From Enterobacter bugandensis (lineage in GTDB: Bacteria > Pseudomonadota > Gammaproteobacteria > Enterobacterales > Enterobacteriaceae): DNA of 32,000 nt. This document shows, piece after piece, positions 10,689 through 19,761 of this stretch. The stretch covers positions 1,561,714 to 1,593,713 of the forward strand of contig CAXYPO010000002.1 of NCBI GenBank assembly GCA_964290475.1, given 5' to 3'. The notes beneath the pieces were generated by a model. The model did not search any database. It was not told the origin of the DNA and saw only the letters and a list, made by a program, of their open reading frames with translations. The first letter of the stretch is position 1, and each line of letters begins with the position of its first letter. The position numbers and the translations under genes are program-made.

Positions 10689-11441
10689 ATGACCATTAAG
10701 AACGTAATTTGTGATATCGACGGCGTGCTGATGCACGATAACGTTGCCGTGCCGGGCGCGGCGGCATTTCTTAACGGCATTATGGAAAAAGGAATGCCGC
10801 TGGTACTGCTGACCAACTTCCCCTCCCAGACCGGGCAGGATCTGGCTAACCGCTTTGCCACCGCGGGCGTGGACGTGCCGGCGAGCGTGTTCTACACCTC
10901 GGCGATGGCGACCGCCGACTTCCTGAAGCGCCAGGAGGGCAAAAAAGCCTACGTGGTGGGTGAAGGGGCGCTTATTCATGAGCTCTATAAAGCCGGATTT
11001 ACCATCACCGACGTCAACCCCGACTTTGTGATCGTGGGCGAGACGCGCTCCTATAACTGGGAGATGATGCATAAGGCTGCCTACTTCGTGGCCAACGGCG
11101 CCCGCTTTATCGCCACCAACCCGGACACCCACGGCCGCGGCTTCTATCCGGCCTGCGGCGCGCTGTGCGCCGGCATTGAAAAAATCTCTGGCCGCACGCC
11201 GTTCTACGTGGGTAAGCCCAGCCCGTGGATCATCCGTGCGGCGCTGAATACCATGCAGGCCCACTCGGAAGATACGGTCATCGTAGGCGATAACCTGCGT
11301 ACCGACATTCTCGCCGGATTCCAGGCGGGTCTGGAAACCATTCTGGTCCTCTCCGGGGTATCGACCATGGACGATATCGATACGATGCCGTTCCGGCCCA
11401 GCTGGATCTACCCTTCGGTGGCGGAAATCGACGTTCTGTAA
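10689..11441 (+). CDS. nagD: NagD (UmpH) HAD-family nucleotide phosphatase, 250 aa
   Basis: MTIKNVICDIDGVLMHDNVAVPGA... with HAD motif CDIDGV; last gene of nagBACD. Confidence 0.97.
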   Translation: MTIKNVICDIDGVLMHDNVAVPGAAAFLNGIMEKGMPLVLLTNFPSQTGQDLANRFATAGVDVPASVFYTSAMATADFLKRQEGKKAYVVGEGALIHELYKAGFTITDVNPDFVIVGETRSYNWEMMHKAAYFVANGARFIATNPDTHGRGFYPACGALCAGIEKISGRTPFYVGKPSPWIIRAALNTMQAHSEDTVIVGDNLRTDILAGFQAGLETILVLSGVSTMDDIDTMPFRPSWIYPSVAEIDVL

Positions 11442-11445
11442 GCCG

Positions 11446-11473
11446 AAACCACGTCTCCGGACGTGGTTTTTTC
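11446..11473 (+). terminator. Terminator after nagD
   Basis: aaaccacgtctccggacgtggttttt hairpin and T-run. Confidence 0.85.
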
Positions 11474-11691
11474 ATTTCTGCGGCCCCTGAATAGCTTCTC
11501 GTTTAATAAAAACCCATTTGAACTGAAAATTCATTAATAAATAACGCTACAACGTGCGCTATTTTCAACATTCCATAATGCCCATTGCGTTTTTTACGTT
11601 TTACCCGGCAAAAGCCTTGCCCGCTCTCCCCTTTTGCGGCATTTTCATAAGCAAGCAACATCACACTGCAACAGGGTTAACGGAGAAGGTT

Positions 11692-13356
11692 ATGTGTTCA
11701 ATTTTTGGCGTACTGGATATTAAAACTGACGCGGCCGAGCTGCGTAAAAAAGCACTGGAACTCTCTCGTCTGATGCGCCACCGCGGCCCGGACTGGTCCG
11801 GTGTATACGCCAGCGATAAAGCCATTCTGGCGCATGAACGTCTGTCCATCGTCGACGTCAACGCCGGCGCCCAGCCGCTCTATAACGACAAAAAAACCCA
11901 TGCGCTGGCCGTTAACGGTGAAATTTACAACCATCAGGCGCTGCGCGCCGAGTATGGCGACCGCTACAGCTTCCAGACCGGCTCGGACTGCGAAGTAATC
12001 CTTGCGCTGTATCAGGAGAAAGGCCCGGAATTCCTCGACGATCTGCAGGGCATGTTCGCCTTCGCCCTGTATGACAGCGAAAAAGACGCTTACCTGATTG
12101 GCCGCGACCATATCGGCATTATCCCGCTCTATATGGGCCACGATGAGCACGGTAACTTCTACGTTGCCTCTGAGATGAAGGCTCTGGTACCGGTGTGCCG
12201 CACCATTAAAGAGTTCCCGGCAGGCAGCTACCTCTGGAGCAAAGACGGCGAAATTCGCCAGTACTATCAGCGCGACTGGTTCGACTACGAGGCGGTGAAA
12301 GATAACGTTACCGACAAAGCTGAACTGCGTCAGGCGCTGGAAGATGCGGTGAAGAGCCACCTGATGTCCGACGTGCCTTATGGCGTGCTGCTCTCCGGTG
12401 GCCTGGACTCCTCCGTGATCTCGGCGATCACCAAAAAGTTCGCTGCCCGCCGCGTGGAAGATCAGGAGCGCTCAGAAGCCTGGTGGCCGCAGCTGCACTC
12501 ATTCGCCGTAGGTCTGGAAGGGGCGCCGGATCTGAAAGCCGCCCAGGAAGTGGCCAACCACCTCGGTACCGTGCACCATGAAATTCACTTCACCGTGCAG
12601 GAAGGGCTGGATGCGATCCGCGATGTGATTTACCACATTGAAACTTACGATGTGACCACCATCCGCGCCTCCACACCGATGTATTTAATGTCGCGTAAAA
12701 TCAAGGCGATGGGCATTAAAATGGTGCTCTCCGGCGAAGGTTCTGACGAAGTGTTCGGCGGCTACCTGTACTTCCATAAGGCGCCGGACGCCAAAGAGCT
12801 GCACGAAGAGACGGTGCGTAAACTGCAGGCGCTGCATATGTTTGACTGCGCCCGCGCCAACAAAGCGATGTCTGCCTGGGGTGTGGAAGCGCGCGTCCCC
12901 TTCCTGGATAAGCAATTCCTTGACGTGGCTATGCGTATCAACCCGCAGGACAAGATGTGCGGCAACGGCAAAATGGAAAAACATATCCTGCGCGAATGTT
13001 TCGAATCCTACCTGCCGGCGAGCGTGGCCTGGCGTCAGAAGGAGCAGTTCTCCGACGGCGTGGGTTATAGCTGGATCGATACCCTGAAAGAGGTGGCGGC
13101 GAAGCAGGTTTCTGACCAGCAGCTGGAAACCGCCAGCTTCCGCTTCCCGTATAACACGCCTGCATCGAAAGAGGCCTATCTGTACCGCGAGATCTTCGAA
13201 GAGCTGTTCCCGGTGCCAAGCGCAGCGGAGTGCGTGCCGGGCGGCCCGTCCGTGGCCTGCTCCTCGGCAAAAGCCATTGAATGGGACGAATCATTCAAAG
13301 CCATGAACGATCCGTCAGGACGCGCGGTGGGCGTTCACCAATCTGCTTATAAATGA
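11692..13356 (+). CDS. asnB: Asparagine synthetase B (glutamine-hydrolysing)
   Basis: MCSIFGVLDIKTDAAELRKKALELSRLMRHRGPDWSG; catalytic Cys immediately after the initiator Met; start at 11692 rather than 11554. Confidence 0.98.
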   Translation: MCSIFGVLDIKTDAAELRKKALELSRLMRHRGPDWSGVYASDKAILAHERLSIVDVNAGAQPLYNDKKTHALAVNGEIYNHQALRAEYGDRYSFQTGSDCEVILALYQEKGPEFLDDLQGMFAFALYDSEKDAYLIGRDHIGIIPLYMGHDEHGNFYVASEMKALVPVCRTIKEFPAGSYLWSKDGEIRQYYQRDWFDYEAVKDNVTDKAELRQALEDAVKSHLMSDVPYGVLLSGGLDSSVISAITKKFAARRVEDQERSEAWWPQLHSFAVGLEGAPDLKAAQEVANHLGTVHHEIHFTVQEGLDAIRDVIYHIETYDVTTIRASTPMYLMSRKIKAMGIKMVLSGEGSDEVFGGYLYFHKAPDAKELHEETVRKLQALHMFDCARANKAMSAWGVEARVPFLDKQFLDVAMRINPQDKMCGNGKMEKHILRECFESYLPASVAWRQKEQFSDGVGYSWIDTLKEVAAKQVSDQQLETASFRFPYNTPASKEAYLYREIFEELFPVPSAAECVPGGPSVACSSAKAIEWDESFKAMNDPSGRAVGVHQSAYK

Positions 13357-13373
13357 TCCCATCAGCAGATATC

Positions 13374-13398
13374 AGGCCCTTCGGGGCCTTTTTTTTGA
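13374..13398 (+). terminator. asnB terminator
   Basis: aggcccttcggggcctttttttt. Confidence 0.8.
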
Positions 13399-13512
13399 TC
13401 TGTTTTTGCCCGGATAAATTCGCTTAATAACCAATAATCGCCGAATATTCGGTCACGCTGTTCGCAACCTAACCAAACAGTCAGCTTATGCTTATTTTCG
13501 ATGAAAAAGGTG

Positions 13513-13541
13513 TTGACGCTGCAAGGGTCTATACGCATAAT
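13513..13541 (+). promoter_or_regulatory. Sigma-70 promoter of the tRNA operon, with GC-rich discriminator
   Basis: -35 TTGACG (13513-13518), 17-nt spacer, -10 CATAAT (13536-13541), followed by GCGCCCCGC. Confidence 0.8.
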
Positions 13542-13579
13542 GCGCCCCGCAACGCCGATAAGGTAACGCGCAAAAAGAT

Positions 13580-13656
13580 GGCTACGTAGCTCAGCTGGTT
13601 AGAGCACATCACTCATAATGATGGGGTCACAGGTTCGAATCCCGTCGTAGCCACCA
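13580..13656 (+). tRNA. metT: tRNA-Met(CAT), elongator
   Basis: ggctacgtagctcagctggttagagcacatcactcataatgatggggtcacaggttcgaatcccgtcgtagccacca, 77 nt, encoded CCA. Confidence 0.98.
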
Positions 13657-13664
13657 TCTTTTTT

Positions 13665-13749
13665 GCGGGAGTGGCGAAATTGGTAGACGCACCAGATTTA
13701 GGTTCTGGCGCCGCAAGGTGTGCGAGTTCAAGTCTCGCCTCCCGCACCA
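13665..13749 (+). tRNA. leuW: tRNA-Leu(TAG)
   Basis: 85-nt class II tRNA gcgggagtggcgaaattggtagacgcaccagatttaggttctggc...cccgcacca, anticodon TAG. Confidence 0.97.
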
Positions 13750-13772
13750 TTCCCGGATAAGCGTTGCACGGA

Positions 13773-13847
13773 TGGGGTATCGCCAAGCGGTAAGGCACCG
13801 GTTTTTGATACCGGCATTCCCTGGTTCGAATCCAGGTACCCCAGCCA
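13773..13847 (+). tRNA. glnU: tRNA-Gln(TTG)
   Basis: 75-nt cloverleaf with anticodon TTG and encoded CCA. Confidence 0.97.
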
Positions 13848-13878
13848 TATTTCTTCGATTTGCGGTTCTCCGCGGTAA

Positions 13879-13953
13879 TGGGGTATCGCCAAGCGGTAAG
13901 GCACCGGTTTTTGATACCGGCATTCCCTGGTTCGAATCCAGGTACCCCAGCCA
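13879..13953 (+). tRNA. glnW: tRNA-Gln(TTG), identical second copy
   Basis: Identical 75-nt sequence to the copy at 13773-13847. Confidence 0.97.
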
Positions 13954-13969
13954 TCGAAGAGGCAGTACT

Positions 13970-14046
13970 GGCTACGTAGCTCAGCTGGTTAGAGCACATC
14001 ACTCATAATGATGGGGTCACAGGTTCGAATCCCGTCGTAGCCACCA
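13970..14046 (+). tRNA. metU: tRNA-Met(CAT), identical second copy
   Basis: Identical 77-nt sequence to 13580-13656. Confidence 0.98.
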
Positions 14047-14091
14047 AATTCGGGTTTAATCGACTATTATCGGTAAACTCAAAAAAATTGT

Positions 14092-14166
14092 TGGGGTATC
14101 GCCAAGCGGTAAGGCACCGGATTCTGATTCCGGCATTCCGAGGTTCGAATCCTCGTACCCCAGCCA
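14092..14166 (+). tRNA. glnV: tRNA-Gln(CTG)
   Basis: tggggtatcgccaagcggtaaggcaccggattctgattccggc...taccccagcca; anticodon CTG. Confidence 0.97.
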
Positions 14167-14202
14167 ATTTAAAAAGTCGTTGAACAGCTTGTTTAACGCA
14201 AT

Positions 14203-14277
14203 TGGGGTGTCGCCAAGCGGTAAGGCTCTGGTTTCTGATACCAGCATTCCGGGGTTCGAATCCCTGCACCCCAGCCA
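14203..14277 (+). tRNA. glnX: tRNA-Gln(CTG), divergent isodecoder at the glnX position
   Basis: tggggtgtcgccaagcggtaaggctctggtttctgataccagcattccggggttcgaatccctgcaccccagcca; anticodon CTG, stems intact. Confidence 0.93.
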
Positions 14278-14287
14278 CTCAGTAACA

Positions 14288-14316
14288 AAAAAGCCCGCTC
14301 TGCGGGCTTTTTTGTT
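14288..14316 (+). terminator. Terminator of the tRNA operon
   Basis: aaaagcccgctctgcgggctttttt. Confidence 0.9.
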
Positions 14317-14368
14317 TTTGTACTTTGCTCTCTTCGGCCCTCTCCGGCAAAGAGAGGACCTGCGTCAG

Positions 14369-15550
14369 TCAAAGGCCTAAAGCATATTTCAGCGCCTGAC
14401 GTTTCAGTACACCGGCCCGCTGGGCCGCCATCAGACCGATATTGCGCACAATGCGCAGCGGCCCAAGGCTGTTGCTGAAGCCGGCATAAAAAAGATCCAT
14501 TCCCGACTGCATAACAAAGTTATCCGCCATGCGGCGCATCTGATAACGCTTGAGCACCTCCAGGCTTGCCCAGTCCTCACCCTGGCTACGGGCACTGCTG
14601 AGCACGTCAAGCAGCGCCTCAACGTCACGATAACCCAGATTAACGCCCTGCCCCGCCAGCGGATGAATGGTATGCGCCGCATCGCCCACCAGCGCCAGCC
14701 CCTCGCGGGTATACTGCAGCGCGTGACGTCGCGTCAGAGGGAAGCCGCCTGCCGCCACCGGCGTCACCTTGCCCAGACGGGCCGGGAAATGACGGGCGAT
14801 CTCATCCCCGAGCTGCTCCATGCTCATCCCCTGCAGTTGGCGAATACGCGCGGGGGAGTCATACCAGACCAGCGATGCCCAGCGGTCGAACAGCGGTAAA
14901 AAGGCGTGCGGCCCGTTCGGGGTGAAATGCTGCCAGGTACAATCTCCCGGTGCCTGTTCACACTCAACGGTTATCAGCATGCAGGATTGCTGATACGCCC
15001 AGGCGTGAATCCCGATCCCGGCAAGCTGGCGCACCTGCGAATTCGCGCCGTCCGCGCCAACCACCAGCTTAACCGCCAGCTCATCACCGTTATCAAGCGT
15101 AAGCAGAGGCTGCCCGTTATGACGATGCAGCGCGTTTACCGATGCGGGCAGCCGCAGGGTTACCCCAGGGTGCGCCTCCAGCGCCTGCCAGAGCGCCTGC
15201 TGTAGCACTGTGTTTTCCACCATATAGCCCAGCCGCGGCAGCTTCAGCTCGGCGGCATCGAAGGCCACCCGGGCGGTTTCCCACTCCCAGGTTTCAAGCC
15301 GACAGTAAGGGTGGGCACGCATCGCCAGCACTGACTCCCATACCCCCAGTCCGCGCAGTAAATCCACCGACGCGGCGCTGATGGCCGAAATACGTACATC
15401 TGGCTGGCTATCGGCATCAAAGGCCGGCGGTGCGGCCTTTTCAATCAGGGTGACGTCGAACCCGTGCTGCGCCAGCCCCAGCGCCAGCGCCCCGCCGACC
15501 ATACCGCCGCCGACAACGGCGGCCCCGGTTTGTTGGATAGTCATGGTCAA
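14369..15550 (-). CDS. ubiF: UbiF, 3-demethoxyubiquinol 3-hydroxylase (FAD-dependent), 393 aa
   Basis: VVGGGMVGGALALGLAQHGFDVTLIE Rossmann motif and GLALVGDAAHTIHPLAGQGVNLGYRDV motif; synteny with miaB. Confidence 0.95.
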   Translation of the reverse strand: MTMTIQQTGAAVVGGGMVGGALALGLAQHGFDVTLIEKAAPPAFDADSQPDVRISAISAASVDLLRGLGVWESVLAMRAHPYCRLETWEWETARVAFDAAELKLPRLGYMVENTVLQQALWQALEAHPGVTLRLPASVNALHRHNGQPLLTLDNGDELAVKLVVGADGANSQVRQLAGIGIHAWAYQQSCMLITVECEQAPGDCTWQHFTPNGPHAFLPLFDRWASLVWYDSPARIRQLQGMSMEQLGDEIARHFPARLGKVTPVAAGGFPLTRRHALQYTREGLALVGDAAHTIHPLAGQGVNLGYRDVEALLDVLSSARSQGEDWASLEVLKRYQMRRMADNFVMQSGMDLFYAGFSNSLGPLRIVRNIGLMAAQRAGVLKRQALKYALGL

Positions 15551-15680
15551 TTGTCCTTATTTGAGAATCCCTTAAGTTTACCGGATTTTTTTCCCTTGGG
15601 TGGGGGTAAGCTTCACACTGGTCACAACCGCACCAAAGCATTACAATACGCGCCCTGCAATCCTGAGCATGAGCATGCCG

Positions 15681-17111
15681 ATGACAAAAAAACTCCATAT
15701 AAAAACCTGGGGCTGTCAGATGAACGAATACGATTCATCAAAGATGGCCGATCTGCTGGATGCGACCCACGGATACCAGCTCACCGAGGTGGCGGAAGAG
15801 GCAGACGTGTTGCTGCTGAATACCTGCTCAATCCGTGAAAAGGCGCAGGAGAAAGTTTTCCACCAGCTGGGCCGCTGGAAATTGATCAAACAAAAAAGAC
15901 CTGACGTGATTATCGGCGTTGGCGGCTGCGTCGCCTCGCAGGAAGGCAAACTGATTCGCCAGCGCGCCCACTATGTCGATATTATTTTTGGTCCCCAGAC
16001 TCTGCACCGCTTGCCGGAGATGATTAACTCCGTGCGCGGCAGCGGTAACCGCAAGGCGATTATTGACGTCAGCTTCCCCGAGATCGAAAAATTTGACCGT
16101 CTGCCGGAGCCGCGCGCGGATGGCCCGACCGCGTTCGTCTCCATCATGGAAGGCTGCAATAAATACTGTACCTACTGCGTGGTGCCTTATACCCGCGGTG
16201 AAGAAGTGAGCCGTCCCTGCGACGATATTCTGTTTGAGATCGCCCAGCTTGCGGCTCAGGGCGTACGTGAAGTGAACCTCCTCGGCCAGAACGTGAACGC
16301 CTGGCGCGGCGAGAACTATGACGGTACTACCGGCTCCTTTGCTGAACTGCTGCGCCTGGTGGCGGCCATTGACGGTATTGACCGTATTCGCTTCACCACC
16401 AGCCATCCTATCGAATTCACAGATGACATCATCGATGTGTACCGCGATACCCCGGAGCTGGTGAGCTTCCTGCATCTGCCGATCCAGTGCGGCTCTGACC
16501 GCGTGCTCAATCTGATGGGCCGCACCCACACCGCGCTCGAATATAAAGCGATTATCCGCAAGCTACGTGAAGCGCGCCCGGATATTCAGATTAGCTCGGA
16601 CTTTATCGTCGGCTTCCCGGGCGAAACCGATGATGATTTTGAGCGTACGATGAAGGTCATTGGCGATGTGAATTTCGACGTGAGCTACAGCTTCATCTTC
16701 TCTGCCCGTCCGGGAACGCCTGCCGCCGATATGGTCGACGACGTGCCCGAAGAGGTGAAAAAGCAGCGTCTCTATATTTTGCAGGATCGCATCAACCAGC
16801 AGGCCAATGCCTGGAGCCGCCGGATGCTCGGTACCGTCCAGCGCGTGCTGGTCGAGGGCACCTCCCGTAAAAGCATCATGCAGCTGTCAGGCCGTACCGA
16901 GAACAACCGCGTGGTGAACTTTGAAGGGACGCCGGATATGATCGGTAAATTCGTGGATATTGAGATTGAGGAAGTGCTCACTAACTCCCTGCGCGGGAAA
17001 GTAGTTCGCACGGAAGATGAAATGGGTCTGCGCGTGGCACAAACCCCTGAGTCCGTCATCGCCCGTACCCGTAAAGAGAACGATTTGGGCGTGAGCGTTT
17101 ATCAGCCATAA
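15681..17111 (+). CDS. miaB: MiaB, tRNA methylthiotransferase (radical SAM)
   Basis: [26 protein letters not shown]; radical-SAM motif [15 protein letters not shown]; start at 15681 by homology. Confidence 0.97.
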   Translation: MTKKLHIKTWGCQMNEYDSSKMADLLDATHGYQLTEVAEEADVLLLNTCSIREKAQEKVFHQLGRWKLIKQKRPDVIIGVGGCVASQEGKLIRQRAHYVDIIFGPQTLHRLPEMINSVRGSGNRKAIIDVSFPEIEKFDRLPEPRADGPTAFVSIMEGCNKYCTYCVVPYTRGEEVSRPCDDILFEIAQLAAQGVREVNLLGQNVNAWRGENYDGTTGSFAELLRLVAAIDGIDRIRFTTSHPIEFTDDIIDVYRDTPELVSFLHLPIQCGSDRVLNLMGRTHTALEYKAIIRKLREARPDIQISSDFIVGFPGETDDDFERTMKVIGDVNFDVSYSFIFSARPGTPAADMVDDVPEEVKKQRLYILQDRINQQANAWSRRMLGTVQRVLVEGTSRKSIMQLSGRTENNRVVNFEGTPDMIGKFVDIEIEEVLTNSLRGKVVRTEDEMGLRVAQTPESVIARTRKENDLGVSVYQP

Positions 17112-17117
17112 ATCTTC

Positions 17118-17141
17118 AGGCCTGCCGCTGCGGCAGGCCTT
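17118..17141 (+). terminator. Hairpin after miaB (weak terminator)
   Basis: aggcctgccgctgcggcaggcctt; only a short T-rich tail. Confidence 0.5.
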
Positions 17142-17261
17142 GTATTTCCTGCTCTCGCCCCCAATATCCTTCCCAATGCTTGCGCCTTTATTGTGTGGCG
17201 TGAATACTCTCATTGAAGACCCCCATTGCCTTTCGGCAAGCGAGACATTAAGAGGAACGGT

Positions 17262-18306
17262 TTGAATATAGATACGCGTGAAATTACCCTTGAGCCAGCA
17301 GACAACGCTCGCCTGCTGAGCCTCTGCGGGCCGTTTGATGACAACATCAAACAACTGGAGCGACGTCTGGGTATCGAGATCAACCGTCGCGATAATCACT
17401 TCAAACTCACCGGACGCGCCATTTGCGTCAACGCCGCAGCCGATATTCTGCACAGCCTGTATGTCGATACCGCGCCGATGCGCGGTCAAACGCAGGATAT
17501 CGAGCCGGAGCAGATCCATCTGGCGATCAAAGAGGCGCGCGTACTGGAACAGACTGCGGAAAGCGTTCCGGATTACGGCAAAGCCGTTAACATCAAGACC
17601 AAGCGTGGCGTGATCAAACCGCGCACCCCGAACCAGGCGCAGTACATCGCCAATATTCTGGACCACGACATCACCTTCGGCGTAGGCCCTGCGGGTACGG
17701 GTAAAACCTACCTTGCCGTTGCCGCCGCCGTTGACGCGCTGGAGCGCCAGGAGATCCGCCGTATTCTGCTCACCCGTCCTGCGGTAGAGGCGGGCGAGAA
17801 GCTCGGCTTCCTGCCCGGCGATCTGAGCCAGAAGGTAGACCCTTACCTGCGCCCACTGTATGACGCGCTCTTTGAGATGCTCGGGTTTGAAAAGGTCGAG
17901 AAGCTGATTGAACGCAACGTTATCGAGGTCGCCCCGCTGGCCTATATGCGCGGTCGTACCCTGAACGATGCCTTTATCATTCTGGATGAGAGCCAGAACA
18001 CCACCATCGAACAGATGAAGATGTTCCTGACCCGTATCGGCTTTAACTCGAAAGCGGTGATCACCGGCGATATTACCCAGATCGACCTGCCGCGCAGCAC
18101 CAAGTCGGGCCTGCGCCACGCCATTGAGGTGCTGGCAGAGGTTGATGAAATCAGCTTTAACTTCTTCCAGAGCGAAGACGTGGTGCGTCACCCGGTGGTT
18201 GCCCGCATCGTTAACGCCTATGAAGCCTGGGAAGAGACGGAACAGAAACGTAAAGCAGAACAGGCCGCGGAACGCAAACGCGAAGCCCAGGAGCATGAGC
18301 AAAAAA
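17262..18306 (+). CDS. ybeZ: YbeZ (PhoL) PhoH-like ATPase; no stop codon before ybeY, so the frame continues into ybeY
   Basis: TTG start at 17262 preceded by agagga; [28 protein letters not shown]..., Walker A GPAGTGKT, Walker B AFIILDES. Frame open through 18773. Confidence 0.93.
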
Positions 18307-18773
18307 TGAGTCAGGTGATCCTCGATTTACAGCTGGCCTGTGAAGATAACGCCGGTTTACCGGAAGAGAGCCAGTTCCAGACGTGGCTGAACGCGGTGAT
18401 CCCGCAGTTTCAGGAAGAGTCAGAAGTAACGATACGTCTGGTGGATGAGGCCGAAAGCCACGAGCTTAACCTGACCTATCGTGGGAAAGATAAGCCGACT
18501 AACGTGCTCTCTTTCCCGTTCGAAGCCCCGCCGGGTATTGAGCTGCCGCTGCTGGGCGACCTGATCATCTGCCGTCAGGTGGTTGAGCAGGAAGCCCAGG
18601 AGCAGCAAAAACCGCTTGAAGCACACTGGGCGCACATGGTGGTACACGGCAGCCTGCACCTGCTGGGTTATGACCATATCGAAGATGAAGAGGCTGAAGA
18701 GATGGAGTCCCTCGAGACAGAGATAATGCTTGCTCTGGGCTATGAGGATCCGTACATTGCCGAGAAAGAGTAG
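18306..18773 (+). CDS. ybeY: YbeY endoribonuclease (rRNA maturation), 155-aa unit; in frame with upstream ybeZ in this sequence
   Basis: [15 protein letters not shown]...; metal-binding motif [15 protein letters not shown]. Confidence 0.93.
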   Translation: MSQVILDLQLACEDNAGLPEESQFQTWLNAVIPQFQEESEVTIRLVDEAESHELNLTYRGKDKPTNVLSFPFEAPPGIELPLLGDLIICRQVVEQEAQEQQKPLEAHWAHMVVHGSLHLLGYDHIEDEEAEEMESLETEIMLALGYEDPYIAEKE

Positions 18774-18877
18774 TCTGTACGGCGGCCTGCCGCCGTATCG
18801 ACAATATGTGCCGTCGCGTCTGACGCCTGTCCGCAGCGGCAAACCTTAAATCAACAAGAGAACCCTTAACAAACGCC

Positions 18878-19756
18878 ATGAGCGACGACAATTCACACAG
18901 TAGCGACACGACAAACAGTAAAAAGGGATTCTTCTCCCTTATTCTGAGCCAGCTGTTCCACGGCGAACCTAAAAACCGTGATGAACTTCTGGAGCTGATC
19001 CGTGATTCCGGGCAGAACGACCTTATCGACGAAGATACGCGCGAAATGCTCGAAGGGGTAATGGACATCGCCGACCAGCGCGTCCGCGATATCATGATCC
19101 CCCGCTCGCAGATGATCACCCTGAAACGCAACCAGACTCTGGACGAGTGCCTTGATGTCATTATCGAATCGGCCCATTCGCGTTTTCCGGTTATCAGCGA
19201 AGACAGAGATCACATCGAAGGGATTTTGATGGCAAAAGATCTGCTGCCCTTTATGCGCAGCGATGCCGATGCCTTCAGCATGGAAAAAGTGTTACGTCAG
19301 GTGGTGGTTGTTCCGGAAAGTAAGCGGGTTGACCGCATGCTGAAAGAGTTCCGTTCTCAGCGTTACCACATGGCGATTGTTATCGATGAGTTTGGCGGCG
19401 TTTCGGGCCTGGTTACCATCGAAGATATTCTGGAGCTGATTGTCGGCGAAATCGAAGACGAGTATGACGAAGAAGAGGATATCGACTTCCGTCAGCTAAG
19501 CCGTCACACCTGGACCGTCCGGGCCCTGGCGCCTATCGAAGATTTTAACGACACCTTCGGCACCCATTTTAGCGATGAAGAGGTCGATACCATCGGCGGG
19601 CTGGTAATGCAGGCCTTTGGCCACCTGCCGGCGCGCGGTGAAACCGTCGAAATTGACGGGTATCAGTTCAAGGTCGCAATGGCCGACAGTCGACGTATTA
19701 TTCAGGTTCATGTCAGAATGCCGGACGACGCTCCGCAACCCACACTGGATGATTGA
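18878..19756 (+). CDS. ybeX: YbeX (CorC-like) CBS-domain protein, 292 aa
   Basis: [44 protein letters not shown]... tandem CBS and transporter-associated domain. Confidence 0.95.
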   Translation: MSDDNSHSSDTTNSKKGFFSLILSQLFHGEPKNRDELLELIRDSGQNDLIDEDTREMLEGVMDIADQRVRDIMIPRSQMITLKRNQTLDECLDVIIESAHSRFPVISEDRDHIEGILMAKDLLPFMRSDADAFSMEKVLRQVVVVPESKRVDRMLKEFRSQRYHMAIVIDEFGGVSGLVTIEDILELIVGEIEDEYDEEEDIDFRQLSRHTWTVRALAPIEDFNDTFGTHFSDEEVDTIGGLVMQAFGHLPARGETVEIDGYQFKVAMADSRRIIQVHVRMPDDAPQPTLDD

Positions 19757-19761
19757 TTTAA

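Noticed and set aside
11554-11691. N-terminal extension of asnB to 600 aa
   Set aside because: AsnB must start at MCSIFG because Cys1 is the catalytic residue; the upstream part is untranslated leader.
13580-14046. Repeated 75-77 nt units with short spacers that superficially resemble an array
   Set aside because: The repeats are complete tRNA genes with cloverleaf structure and CCA ends; not CRISPR.
13613-14278. ORFs with repeats such as GVPGFEPGNAGIKNRCLTAWRYP on the minus strand and matching plus-strand ORFs
   Set aside because: They are translations through the tRNA genes; the repetition comes from the identical Met and Gln tRNA copies.
16887-18302. 471-aa minus-strand ORF across the miaB end and ybeZ
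   Set aside because: Antisense to two conserved genes and spans their intergenic region; no family resemblance.
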